A DNA stretch of 64,000 bases, from positions 3,419 to 67,418 of the forward strand of contig JAUCBJ010009126.1 of the NCBI GenBank assembly GCA_032718475.1, written 5' to 3'. Made by a program: the position numbers and the translations under genes. Numbering within the stretch: position 1 is the stretch's first letter; every line of letters starts with the position of its first letter. The notes under the pieces are model-generated. The model was not told the origin of the DNA, did no database searches, and saw only the letters and a list, made by a program, of their open reading frames with translations. Shown one piece after another: positions 52,377 through 63,600 of this stretch. Source of the stretch: Nemertoderma westbladi. Lineage: Eukaryota; Animalia; Xenacoelomorpha.

Positions 52377-53009
52377 TAATATGAAAACAATAAAATAGGA
52401 AATGGGGTCTTATTCCCTCAGATACTACCTAGCATTTAGGGCCACTTGGGCCACTGTTAGTACTCAGGCAGTAAGGCCTATTAAAAAATGAAATGCAAAA
52501 TCGATTGTAGTGCTCCCAACCCAACTACAGCACCACAATGAATACTGCACCAAACCATACAGTAACTACAGGTACCAGTAAGTATTGCACGAATAGGCTA
52601 TCCCATAAATTAAAGAAAAATATAGGACATTTTGTCCGCCGAAAAGATAAGTCTAAGTAATAAATTTTATAAAAATAAAAGGGTTTCGGAGATTTAAATT
52701 GTTTTTAAATTATTTTTATTTTTATAAAATTTATTACTTAGACTATCTTTTCGGCGGACAAAATGTCCTATATTTTTCTTAATTTATGGGATAGCCTATT
52801 CGTGCGATACTTACTGGTACCTGTAGTAGTTACTGTATGGTTGGGTGCAGTTTTCATTGTGGTAGCTGGGTTGGGAGCACTACAATCGATTTTGTATTTC
52901 ATTTTTTAATAGGCCTTAATGCCTGAGTACTAACAGTGGCCCTAAATGCTAGGTACAGTAGTATCTGAGGGAATAAGACCCCATTTCCTATTTTATTGTT
53001 TTCATATTA
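52377..53009. mobile_element. Near-perfect ~630-bp foldback palindrome (arms ~300 bp, spacer ~30 bp)
   Basis: taatatgaaaacaataaaataggaaatggggtcttattccctcag... mirrored by ...ctgagggaataagaccccatttcctatttt...gttttcatatta. Centre at ~52680-52710. Confidence 0.92.
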
Positions 53010-54684
53010 ATATCACAATCCCTCTAAAGTCATGGTTGTCTAACATCATATAATTATTTATAATGTATGCGTATGGTTCGTCGTAAACAATACAGTATAA
53101 TATTATTGTAACTATAATTATTTATTACAAAGGAAAAAAGTCGAACTTTTTTTCACTATACTCGAGGTATATTACATATTTACCAAGCACTACTACTAGC
53201 GAGGTTAATAAGGGGTAGAAATAATATTGAAAAAAATGTATAAGTTTATTTCCATGTAGCCTAATACGTAATTTATTCTTAAATTGGTAAAATTATTGTA
53301 ATATTCAACTCTCGATGTTGCCTTACTCAATGTTAATGATTTAGTAGTTTCGAATATTTATTAAGTAACCTGCAGTGAGCCGCTTAACTACATAAACCAA
53401 TATTGGATATTGAGTTCCGTTTTGGAGTTCGCCTTGCAGACACGAAAGTTGGAATAACTTTTGAGTGTGTGAATGAATTTTGCTCAAATTTCAGTACTTG
53501 CAAAACCTTTTCACTTAACGATTATCTTTCAACACCTGTAATACATACAATTCACCAAAAATATTTTATTTCATTTTTTTTTCGCCGGGAAAAAAGTAAA
53601 ATCAATACAATCCAATGAGTTACATTGTTTCCTATGGAAAAAAAAGTACTCTTATTTCACGCGATTTTGGGATATATTTGAGCGAAAAAGTAACAATTTA
53701 AGAATAAAAATGATTTTATTTTCAACAAATTTGTATTTCTAACAAATTTATTATAACCGAAGGTTCAAGTATAAAGGTTGGACATTTATTCCTACAAATT
53801 TAGTACATGTACAGTATGTAAGTAAAATAAAAGCCAACGCATTTCCTAAAAATTACCTCATATACATTGGATGGATTTGACAGCTGTCTTATTTTGCTAT
53901 AAATGGCTGTAGATGGGCTGCCTAATTATTGCTATCCGTATCATCACTCAGTTACCGTGTTTCCATAATCCCTTAAATTTATTACAGTATTTGGGCATGA
54001 TACAATTTCATAGGCCTATACTACTTATCTATCTAAAATTTGATAGGCGTACTCTAAAGTAAATAGGCGTACTCGTACTCTACCGGAAGTCGAAGTTACT
54101 ACCCGGAAAGCAAAGTTGGTGAAGGTGGGTCGATCCTCTATCGGTACAATAGTTTACCGCAAACAATGGGTCGTTAAAAAGAGGGAAGTGAAAAACATTA
54201 CGTACTCTGTATTACATGAAAAACAAATAGCATGAATTGTGAAGCTCATTGAGATACTCATAAAATGATACCAAAAACCACACTGAAATTAAATTTCCTA
54301 ATTCATCTCGAATAAATAGGCCTATGTTAACCGCAATAATGATTCAGTTACATAGCAACCGAAAATCTAGAAATAAAAAGTCAGAAACAGAAGTTGGATT
54401 ACATCTGAGATGAAACTAAGTGAAGAGATTTGACATACCAGTAGTAATAAATGCAATAATTGCTGATATTAATAATTAAATACTGTGTATGTAGCAATGC
54501 AATGCAATGCAATGGGCAGAGAGAAGTGCGTTCTATGGTATGACCTCTGATTATCGCAATTTGAGTTACTGAGATTGTATAGGCTACATATTACTTTTGT
54601 CGCATGGTAATTGGCTGGGACGCCTAGATCGGGAAACTCCCTTAAGGGGTTCCGCGCCTATTTTACTTATATTAACCTTCAGCT

Positions 54685-55470
54685 GATAACTGCACATTAG
54701 ATGCTATGCTGGCTTAACAAATATTTTTTGTCACCACCATGCAATCCACAATTGGCAAGCCCAATGCAGCGTGCATTATGTATGCTATGCCGGCTTATCA
54801 ACAAAGTTGCATCGCCACAACTACCTTTCCCCCATGACTTTCGCGAGATTATCCGCATTTTCAAGCCCAGCGTCATTTAAGAGGCGTCTTAAGAAAGTCA
54901 TGGACTGTCCACCATGCTTATTTTCTCCATGCATGGGGCTGCCAAAGCACTAGATTGTGCACAGGCTGGTCCTCATGGCAAAAACAATGACCCATTTCCA
55001 GAGAGGGAATCCTGAAGATGGACGGAATTTCGGTTAACACTATCGCTATAAACCCACGTCGATGCAGGTGATTGATGTAGACTTGCATTAAAGTCTCCCA
55101 GGAATGTTAAGAATGCATGCTGTGCTGATACTGTACACTCCATCAGTAGCTGCTTGTAGAAATGTGGTAGAAAATTGGTAGAAAAAAGTGGTAGAAATTT
55201 TCCACCAATTCTACTGGGGCAACACTAGTTAGAGAATAGCACACAATTAGAACCACCTTTGGAAACTTCTTAGCCAGTCTTCCAGAACATGAGACGTAGC
55301 AACGGATGATGCTGTTATAGATTTGGCCTATTTTGTACTGTGCAATGCTGCATGTGCAGTTGGATTCATCAATAAACCAATTCCACCATTGCCACTATCA
55401 TCTGCTGATGCGAGGGAAAGTCGCCAACCGCATCAGGCCGCATCAGAACCTCATCAGTCTGCATTCAGTC
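54685..55470 (-). mobile_element. Internally deleted RTE copy (endonuclease piece joined to RT C-terminus and 3' UTR)
   Basis: 54700-54985 is the reverse complement of ~640-930. 55110-55430 parallels the endonuclease piece at 15610-15890. Confidence 0.82.
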
Positions 55471-55562
55471 TGACCCCTAGATCCCTTCCTATAAAATGCA
55501 TTTTTAGTGAAGATTAAAAGAAAAAGAGAGATGAGCGTGATATATTAAAGATAAAACAGACA

Positions 55563-56488
55563 ATGGAAAATAAATTTCATAAAGTTATGACTATTTTGAA
55601 AGGGATACCAAAACAGTTACCCCTAGAAAATGAGGAAGATTTGAGTGAGAAAGATGAAGAAGAAGAAGAAGAAGAAGAGGACGATGAGATGGAGAATGAA
55701 AATAGTGAGGGTCAGGATGAAGTTGAAGAGAGTGAAGTTGAGAACGAAGAAAGTGGAGATCAGGAAGAGGATGAAGAAAGTGAAGGTCAAGAAGAGGGTA
55801 AAGAAAGCGAAGGTCAGGAAGAGAATGAAGAAAGTGAAGAACAGGAAGAGGATGAAGAAAGTGAAGAACAGGAAGAGGATGAAGAAAGTGAAGGTGGGGA
55901 AGAGGATGAAGAAAGTGAAGATCAGAAAGAGGGTGAAGAAAGTGAAGATCAGGAAAGTGGAGAAGAGGATGAAAATGATGATAATGAGGAAATAAAGAGA
56001 CAATTACTTGGAAATAAGAATCAATTGCGGAAAATTATTACTACTAGGATCGGCATGCTGCATTGCAGCTGCATTTTTATTATTTGAAGGAAAATGAAGA
56101 AAATAAAGAGGCGACATTGACCCAAGTTCTAGGAAGTAAAATTAAATTACAGAAATTTATTAAACATTTAGAAGAGAATGATGAAAATAAAGAAGAGATA
56201 TTGAGACAAATATTAGGAAACAAAAATCAAATGCGGAAATTTATTAAACAAATGGAAGAAAAAAATGAAGAAAATAGAGAAGATATATTAAGACAGGTCC
56301 TGGGAAATAAAAGTAAATTATTGAAAATTAATGAACAATTGAATAAAATTAAGAAACAGTTGGGTAATGAGGAAGATGAAAGTAAAGTAAATCAACCAGC
56401 TTTTACTAATTTTCGAAGACCTATGATAAAAAACTCTCGTTCAGTATATGCCCGCGCAGGACGACGGTATTCACATTTGTTTGTTTGA
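55563..56488 (+). pseudogene. Disrupted Glu-rich, coiled-coil-like repeat ORF of unknown origin
   Basis: A 27-bp EEDEESEGQ repeat is followed by four ENKEEILRQILGNKNQ.RKFI-type repeats. These continue across a frameshift at an extraneous ~40-bp segment near 56040-56083. Confidence 0.55.
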
Positions 56489-56502
56489 GTTCCTTTCATA
56501 AT

Positions 56503-56728
56503 AGTATTAGGGCTATTTATCCAAAACAATTATATTAGTATTAGGACTATTTATCCATAACAATTATATTAGTATTAGGACTATTTATCCATAATAATTA
56601 TATTAGTATTATAAATGTATTTACCCCACAATATTTATTACTATTAGGACTATTTATCCATAATAATTATATTAGTATTATAAATGTATTTACCCCACAA
56701 TATTTATTACTATTAGGTCTATTTATTC
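56503..56728. repeat. AT-rich compound minisatellite
   Basis: Repeated tattagtattaggactatttatccataataatta and tataaatgtatttaccccacaatatttattac. Confidence 0.8.
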
Positions 56729-56859
56729 AAGAAATTATATGTTTTTATAATAATATACTTTGGAAAATTGGTCGACTAAGTCATAATTTTTAAAACTTTA
56801 AATAAGGGTTGAGTTATTTTATAAAGTTAAGAAGAGTGAATCAATGGAGGCAACCTGAA

Positions 56860-57075
56860 GTCTAATCTCTTGGCCTTTACTCATAAGACCGCACATTAAC
56901 TCCCAAGGTTGCATACTATCTCTATATAGCTGGGAGAGTCAAAGCTAGTGTACACTAGAGTCAGCCAAGAGCTAGGAAAAAGAATAATGCTCTTCTAGGG
57001 TTCGAATTCACGACCTTCTAATTAGAAAACTAAGCAAATGAACAGCTTGAAGGCCTTAGACCCTTAATCTGAGGC
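56860..57075 (-). mobile_element. Possible decayed tRNA-derived SINE
   Basis: Minus strand reads gggtctaaggcc ... ggtcgtgaattcgaaccc, resembling tRNA D-loop and B-box remnants. Confidence 0.35.
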
Positions 57076-57122
57076 AACGAGCAGCCAATGAGAGAGCAGA
57101 TGCGAGTACAGTGGTAAAGCGC

Positions 57123-57972
57123 CCTCAGTGAGGCATAGTCTATGCCTCAGTGCCTCAGTGAGGCATAGTCTATTCCTCAGTGAGTCATAGTCTATGCCTC
57201 AGTGAGTCATAGTCTATGCCTCAGTGAGGCATAGTCTATGCCTCAGTGCCTCAGTGAGGCATAGTCTATGCCTCTGTGCCTCAGTGAGGCATAATCTATG
57301 CCTCAGTGAGGCATCATCTATGTCTCAGTGCCTCAGTGAGGCATAGTGTATGCCTCAGTGCCTCAGTGAGGCATAGTCTATGCCTCAGGAGTCATAGTAT
57401 ATGCCTCAGTGCTTCAGTGAGGCATAGTCTATGCCTCAGTGAGTCATAGTCTATGCCTCAGAGAGGCATAGTCTATGCCTCAGTGCCTCAGTGAAGCATA
57501 GTCTATGCCTCAGTGAGTCATAGTATATGCCTCAGTGCCTCAGTGAGGCATAGTCTATGCCTCAGTGCCTCAGTGAGGCATAGTCTATGCCTCAGTGAGT
57601 CATAGTCTATGCCTCAGTGAGGCATAGTCTATACCTCAGTGCTCAGTGAGGCATAGTATATGCCTCAGTGCCTCAGTGAGTCATAGTCTATGCCTCAGTG
57701 AGTCATAGTCTATGCCTCAGTGAGTCATAGTATATGCCTCAGTGAGGCATAGTCTATGCCTCAGTGAGTCATAGTCTATGCCTCAGTGCCTCAGTGAGGC
57801 ATAGTCTATGCCTCAGTGCCTCAGTGAGGCATAGTCTATGCCTCAGTGCCTTAGCGAGGCATAGTCTATGCCTCAGTGAGTCATAGTATATGCCTCAGTG
57901 CCTCAGTGAGGCATAGTCTATGCCTCAGTTAGTCATAGTCTGTGCCTCAGTGCCTCAGTGAGGCATAGTCTG
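57123..57972. repeat. 22/30-bp quasi-palindromic minisatellite
   Basis: Unit gcctcagtgag(g/t)catagtctat with an optional extra gcctcagt. Confidence 0.96.
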
Positions 57973-58035
57973 TGTCAGGTCTTAAATGAGAGTCTTACAA
58001 ATTCGAACGTCAACGAACAAATTCGAAGGTTACTG

Positions 58036-58112
58036 TTCCACCTTGGTGTAGTGGTTGCGTTGAATTCACATCTCCCGCATGTCATGGGTTCTATCCCCGC
58101 ATGAACCAGGGC
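58036..58112 (+). mobile_element. tRNA-derived SINE head or tRNA pseudogene
   Basis: A-box-like tggtgtagtgg (~58044) and B-box-like gggttctatccc (~58086). I could not fold a full cloverleaf. Confidence 0.5.
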
Positions 58113-58213
58113 AGTTTTCGTTCGGTCAGCAATAGGTCTAACTTTGCAAAATGCAGTATTATTGCCTAGTAACCAATTCATGAATACTATATGGTTTTCA
58201 CTTTGAGACATTT

Positions 58214-58628
58214 CGCCCTCTAGTGGCAGACTGAGGAACTTCAGACTACTCTGTGACTCCGTAAAAGATATAGCCCATATTGTAATAGATACCGACTGGG
58301 GGGGTCAAAATTAAGTAATAATATATCTAAATAAGTCTCAAACATCTTGCCTCATGGCTCGCCCCTTAGAACTCTTAAGCAATATAACTTCATAGTTTTG
58401 CGGATTGTAAATAACAAAGCTAGAGAAGATGTTAATTTTCAAATAATACGCCCTCTAGCGGCAGACAGGGGAACTTCAGACTACTCTATGACTCCGCAAA
58501 AGATATGGCCTATGCCGTAGTAGATGCCTACCGAGTTTAAACCTATTCGGAATGAAAATAACAAAGTTAGAGAAGATGTTAATTTTCAGATCATACGCCC
58601 TCTAGCGGCAGACTATGGAACTGCAGAC
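58214..58628. repeat. Three partial direct repeats, each beginning cgccctctag(t/c)ggcagac
   Basis: Copies at 58214, 58449 and 58596 share downstream ggaacttcagac; the last two share upstream aaataacaaag.tagagaagatgttaattttca. Confidence 0.85.
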
Positions 58629-59016
58629 GGCTGGATATAGGTAAGAGTAATTAGTAATCAGAGGTGTCACGAGAGGGGGGCGGGGCGCTTGGATACAACT
58701 ATTATTAATAAGCTGTTGCTTGGTTAAAGCTAATTGGGGGTCAAAGGTCAACGATAAAGCTGTCTGGATATAGATAAGAGTAATTAGTTACCAGTAAGGG
58801 AGCTGTATACCCTATGTCTAAGTATAACGAGATGAAAGTCAATGAGGTCATATAGAAACCAATATATAAAACTAATTATTGGTAAATCTAAAATAAAGTA
58901 CAATTAAATAAATACAAATAAATAAAGTAAAATTAAATCAAATAATTAATTAAAATTAAATACAAATAAATAAGTATTAATGAATAAAAGAGCCGCGGTG
59001 TCACTTATGACACCCT

Positions 59017-59312
59017 CTTGAGCCGGCTTTGTGACAGTTAGACAACACTGATGACCCATTGTGTGTCAGGGCGCTAATCAGTCTGATTAATTAGGATAAT
59101 CAATTAAACCCTAATTAGGAGTCATAAGACACCTATTAGGGTTTAATTGTACTAATTAATTGATGACACCTGTCAATTAGGGTCTAATTAGCCTAATTGG
59201 GAGGTGTCACCCAGACAGTCTGGCGCCAATGACACCCATATGGGTGATAATAGGGTGTCATATGACACCCAATGGGTGTCAGTGAGGTCTAACTGTCACA
59301 AAGCCGGCCAAG
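59017..59312. mobile_element. MITE with ~50-bp TIRs
   Basis: tcttgagccggctttgtgacagttagacaacactgatgacccattg ... caatgggtgtcagtgaggtctaactgtcacaaagccggccaaga. Confidence 0.85.
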
Positions 59313-59598
59313 ACCCTACTACTGGTGGTGTTATGCAAAAGGGTATTATCCCACATTTTGTCGAAATTGAGTTTTTGGTATCATTCGATAGAGAAAAGTG
59401 TAATCTACCTAATTTATGAGATCCTATTGCCCAATAATACGAGGAAATGCCTTAAAAATAGAAGAAAGTTAAGCCACAGTCCGGATTTGTGATTAGTCAA
59501 AGAGTGTTAAACAACAAATAATATTGCAAAAAAGGTTTAATCCACATAATATTTGTGTGGCTTGATACTGTATCTTTTGACATCTTTTTGAAAGTATG

Positions 59599-59816
59599 TG
59601 TGGCGGTGCCACTTACATACTCAGGACCTACTGAGTTTGCCATATACTCGGACAAGTGTTAGAGAGTTTTCACTTGACTATTCACTGCATTAACTTCCTT
59701 ACTGCAGTACTGGTGTAGGCTAACTACTGCCTTCATATTATACATTTTTATTGCATACCTTTGCATATCCGGTATACTTTATGATGAGACATTAGCAGTA
59801 CGATTATACTGCCACA
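59599..59816 (+). repeat. 5' LTR, 218 bp
   Basis: TGTGGC...GCCACA termini; matches 63803-64000. Confidence 0.96.
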
Positions 59817-59817
59817 T

Positions 59818-59829
59818 TGGTGACCCGAC
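59818..59829 (+). promoter_or_regulatory. Primer-binding site, tRNA-Trp-like
   Basis: tggtgacccgac lies 1 nt after the LTR. The complement of the animal tRNA-Trp 3' end is TGGTGACCCCGAC, so this site is one C shorter. Confidence 0.8.
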
Positions 59830-59906
59830 TGCTCAGCACGATTTGTTGAGTCGAACTGCAACCAACAGCCCTCCCGTTATTCGCGCCCCGCTCCAACGCC
59901 TTCACC

Positions 59907-60647
59907 ATGGCTGAGGCAAATGCCGTCTCCCTGAAACTGCCCACCTTCTGGACTAACCAGCCTGAGGTTTGGTTCGCCCAGGCCGAGGCACAGTTCGCCA
60001 TCCGGGGCGTCACAACCGAGGCCACTAAGTACTACTACGTGGTGGGGGCCCTCGACCAGGACACTGCCAGTCGCCTCCTCCAGCTGATCCGGGATCCCCC
60101 TACTGTCGACCAGTACGCCCAGATCAAGGCCAAACTCCTCAAGGTGTTCGGACTCTCCCGCCGCGACCGCGCCGCGCGGCTCTGGGACTTGAACGGCCTC
60201 GGCGACCGCCGACCCTCGCAGCTCCTCGGTGAGATGCAGGCACTCCTCGGTGATAACCACCACTGCCTGCTGTTCGAGGAGGCGTTCCTCCGCCAGATGC
60301 CCGACGCCATACGCCTCCAACTCGCCGAGGAGGACTTTCGCGACCTCGACCGCGTCGCAGACCGTGCCGACGCGCTTTGGGAAACCTCCCGCTCGAGCTC
60401 ACTCTCCGCTCATGCTGTAGCGACGCCGCTCATCGTACCGGAGCCGGCAGTGCGTACTGTACGAGGTCCCGGCGGGCCGGCCCGCCACAAGCCCTCCACC
60501 GGCCCCCCAACTAGCGGCCGGAGTTCACGCGTCCCCCAGCCTGCTCACGACGACTGGTGCTACTTCCACCAGAAGTTTGGCACCGACGCCCTGAAGTGCC
60601 GCTCGCCCTGCACTTTTCCGGGAAACGCCCCGGCCGGCCGTCAGTAG
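59907..60647 (+). CDS. gag: Gag, 246 aa
   Basis: N-terminal KLPTFW..QPEVWF.QAEAQF and C-terminal C-X2-H-X9-C-X3-C ([18 protein letters not shown]). Confidence 0.93.
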   Translation: MAEANAVSLKLPTFWTNQPEVWFAQAEAQFAIRGVTTEATKYYYVVGALDQDTASRLLQLIRDPPTVDQYAQIKAKLLKVFGLSRRDRAARLWDLNGLGDRRPSQLLGEMQALLGDNHHCLLFEEAFLRQMPDAIRLQLAEEDFRDLDRVADRADALWETSRSSSLSAHAVATPLIVPEPAVRTVRGPGGPARHKPSTGPPTSGRSSRVPQPAHDDWCYFHQKFGTDALKCRSPCTFPGNAPAGRQ

Positions 60648-63600
60648 CAGCTGCTACGGCCGGCCACCCCGATCTGCTGCTATTTGTCCTGGACCGACTG
60701 TCCGGGCAACGGTTTCTGGTGGACACCGGGGCCGAGGTCAGCGTCATCCCGGCTATGACGCACGAGGCACGCGCGGGCGGAAGCGGTCCGCCCCTCGTAG
60801 CCGCCAATAGCACCTCGATCAGGACATACGGACAACGCACAATTCCGCTGCGTTTCGGGACCCGCCAATTCGAGTGGCGGTTCACGGCCGCGGACGTGGA
60901 CCAGCCTCTCCTCGGAGCCGACTTCCTCCGGGCCAACAACCTGTTGGTTGATCTGAGAGGCCGCCGTCTGGTCGACGCCGAGACGTTGACCTCGATTCCA
61001 TGCGGGCGGACCCCGGGACACGCTCTCCACCTCGGTTCCGTCGCCTCCTCCGACAACGAGTTCGCCCGTCTCCTTGCCGAGTTCCCCGACATCACGGAGC
61101 CTCGGTTCTCCGACCCGACGGTGAAACACGGCGTGGAACTCTATATCCCCACCGAAGGGCCACCAGTCCACGCCCGCGCCCGCCGTCTCCCTCCAGACAA
61201 ACTGGCGATCGCCAAGGAGGAGTTCCGCAAGATGGAGGAGATGGGGATCGTCCGCCGATCTAACAGTCCCTGGTCGTCTCCCCTCCACATGGCCCCGAAA
61301 CCCTCGGGTGGCTGGAGGCCCTGCGGCGACTACCGCCGCCTCAACGACGCCACGACTCCGGATCGGTATCCTGTTCCCCACATCCAGGACTTCTCCTCCC
61401 GCCTGGCAGGAGCACGGATCTTCTCTAAGATCGATCTGGTGCGCGGTTACCACCAGATACCCATCCATGAGGTCGACATCGCTAAGACCGCCGTCATCAC
61501 CCCGTTCGGCCTTTTCGAGTTCCTCCGGGTACCGTTCGGGCTGAAGAACGCGGCCCAGGCCTTCCAGAGACTGATGGACTCGGCGCTCCAGGGACTCGAC
61601 TTCGTCTTCATCTACCTAGACGATGTCCTCGTCGCGAGTCGGTCCAGACAGGAGCACCGAGACCATCTCCGTCAGCTCTTCTCGCGCCTCCAGCAGCACG
61701 GCCTCGTCATCAACCTCGCCAAGTGCCAGTTCGGTCGACCGGTCATCGACTTCCTCGGCCACCGCATCTCGGCCCATGGAGCCGTTCCCCTCCCTGACAA
61801 GGTCGCCGCCATCAGGGATTTCGCCCAGCCCACCACCGTTAAGGGCCTGCAGGAGTTCGTGGGGATGGTAAACTTCTACCATCGGTTCATCCCCTCTGCT
61901 GCAGCCATTATGCGGCCTCTCTACAGGGCCCTTTCCGGTACCAAGCCGAAACTCCTCGATTGGTCTCCCGACATGCTGGTAGCCTTCCGGGACACGAAGG
62001 AGGTCCTCGCCCACGCCACCATGTTGGCCCACCCCGAAGCCACCGCCCCCACGGCACTCACAGTGGACGCCTCTGGCACGGCCGTGGGCGCCGTCCTCGA
62101 GCAGCTGGTCGGCGGGTCGTGGCGCCCCCTAGCGTTCTTCAGCCGCCAGTTGAGACCCCCGGAGGTGAAGTACAGCGCGTTCGACCGGGAGCTCCTGGCT
62201 CTTTACCTCGCGATTCGCCACTTCCGGTACTTCCTGGAGGGGCGCGCCTTCACCGCCTACACGGACCACAAACCTCTCACGTTCGCTTTCTCCAAGATCA
62301 GTGACCCGTGGTCCTCCAGACAACAGCGGCACATCGCCTATGTGTCGGAGTTCACCACGGCCATCGCCCACGTCTCGGGGAAAGATAACTGTGTGGCGGA
62401 CGCCCTCTCCAGGACACACATCGGCGCTGTACACACCCCCGGCCTCGACTACGTCGCCATGGCTGCCGCCCAACTCGCCGACAGCGAGATGGCCGCATAC
62501 CGCACCGCCATCTCGGGCCTCGAACTGCAGGACGTCCCCATCGGCCCCTCCGGCGCAACGCTGCTCTGCGACGTCTCTCTCGGCCACCCCAGACCGGTCG
62601 TTCCGGCCACGTGGCGTCGCCACGTCTTCGACGTCATCCACGGCCTCTCGCACCCGGGGGTCCGCACGACTAAGAAAATCGTCGCCGACCGATTCGTTTG
62701 GCATGGCCTCCGGAAACAGGTCGGTGCATGGGCAACAACCTGTGTGCCGTGCCAAACGTCCAAGGTGCAACACCACGTCCGCACTCCCCTCGGCACCATC
62801 GAGACTCCCCATCGCCGCTTCGACCACATCCACATAGATCTGGTCGGGCCCCTCCCGCCGTCCCACGGGTACACCCATCTCCTAACGATGGTGGATCGAT
62901 TCACCCGGTGGCCGGAGGCCATTCCCCTCACCGACACCTCCACTGAGAGCTGCGCCCGCGCGCTCATCGCGAACTGGATCGCCCGTTTTGGCGTCCCTAC
63001 TGACGTGTCCTCCGACCGGGGCTCGCAGTTCACTTCCCAGCTCTGGTCCGCCGTCAACCAGCTGCTGGGCACCCAACTGCACCGCACAACGGCCTACCAC
63101 CCGCAGGCGAACGGACTGGTGGAACGTTTCCACCGCCACCTCAAGTCCGCCCTCCGTGCGTCCCTCACCGGCCCCGCCTGGGTCGACGAGTTGCCGTGGG
63201 TCCTTCTCGGAATTAGGACCGCACCCAAGGACGACTTGGGCACCTCCACCGCCGAGTTGGTTTACGGTGCCCCCCTCACCGTCCCGGGCGAGTTCCTCCC
63301 GCCCACGCAGACGGACGTCCCACACTCTCCGTCCACGATCCTTCCGCAACTCCGCGAGCGTGTCGGACGGTTCGCCCCAGTCCCCACGTCGCGTCACGGT
63401 CCAACCCCATCGTCTGTTCCCCACGAACTCCAAAATGCCCCACACGTCTTCGTCCGACGGGACGCCCACCGGACGCCCCTGGAACGCCCATATGAGGGAC
63501 CCTACCGGGTCCTGGTCCATGGGCCCAAGACGTTCCAACTCGACATTGGGGGCCGCACCGAGACAGTGTCCGTCGACCGACTGAAGCCGGCACATCTAGA

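Noticed and set aside
55623-56003. Phe-rich antisense and Lys-rich alternate-frame ORFs
   Set aside because: Shadows of the GAA-rich Glu repeat.
1246-57972. CRISPR array interpretation of the regular repeats
   Set aside because: Units are head-to-tail with no unique spacers, no cas genes are present, and the context is eukaryotic.
58036-58112. Functional tRNA gene
   Set aside because: Only A/B-box-like motifs are present. I found no convincing acceptor or anticodon stems, so it is treated as SINE-like.
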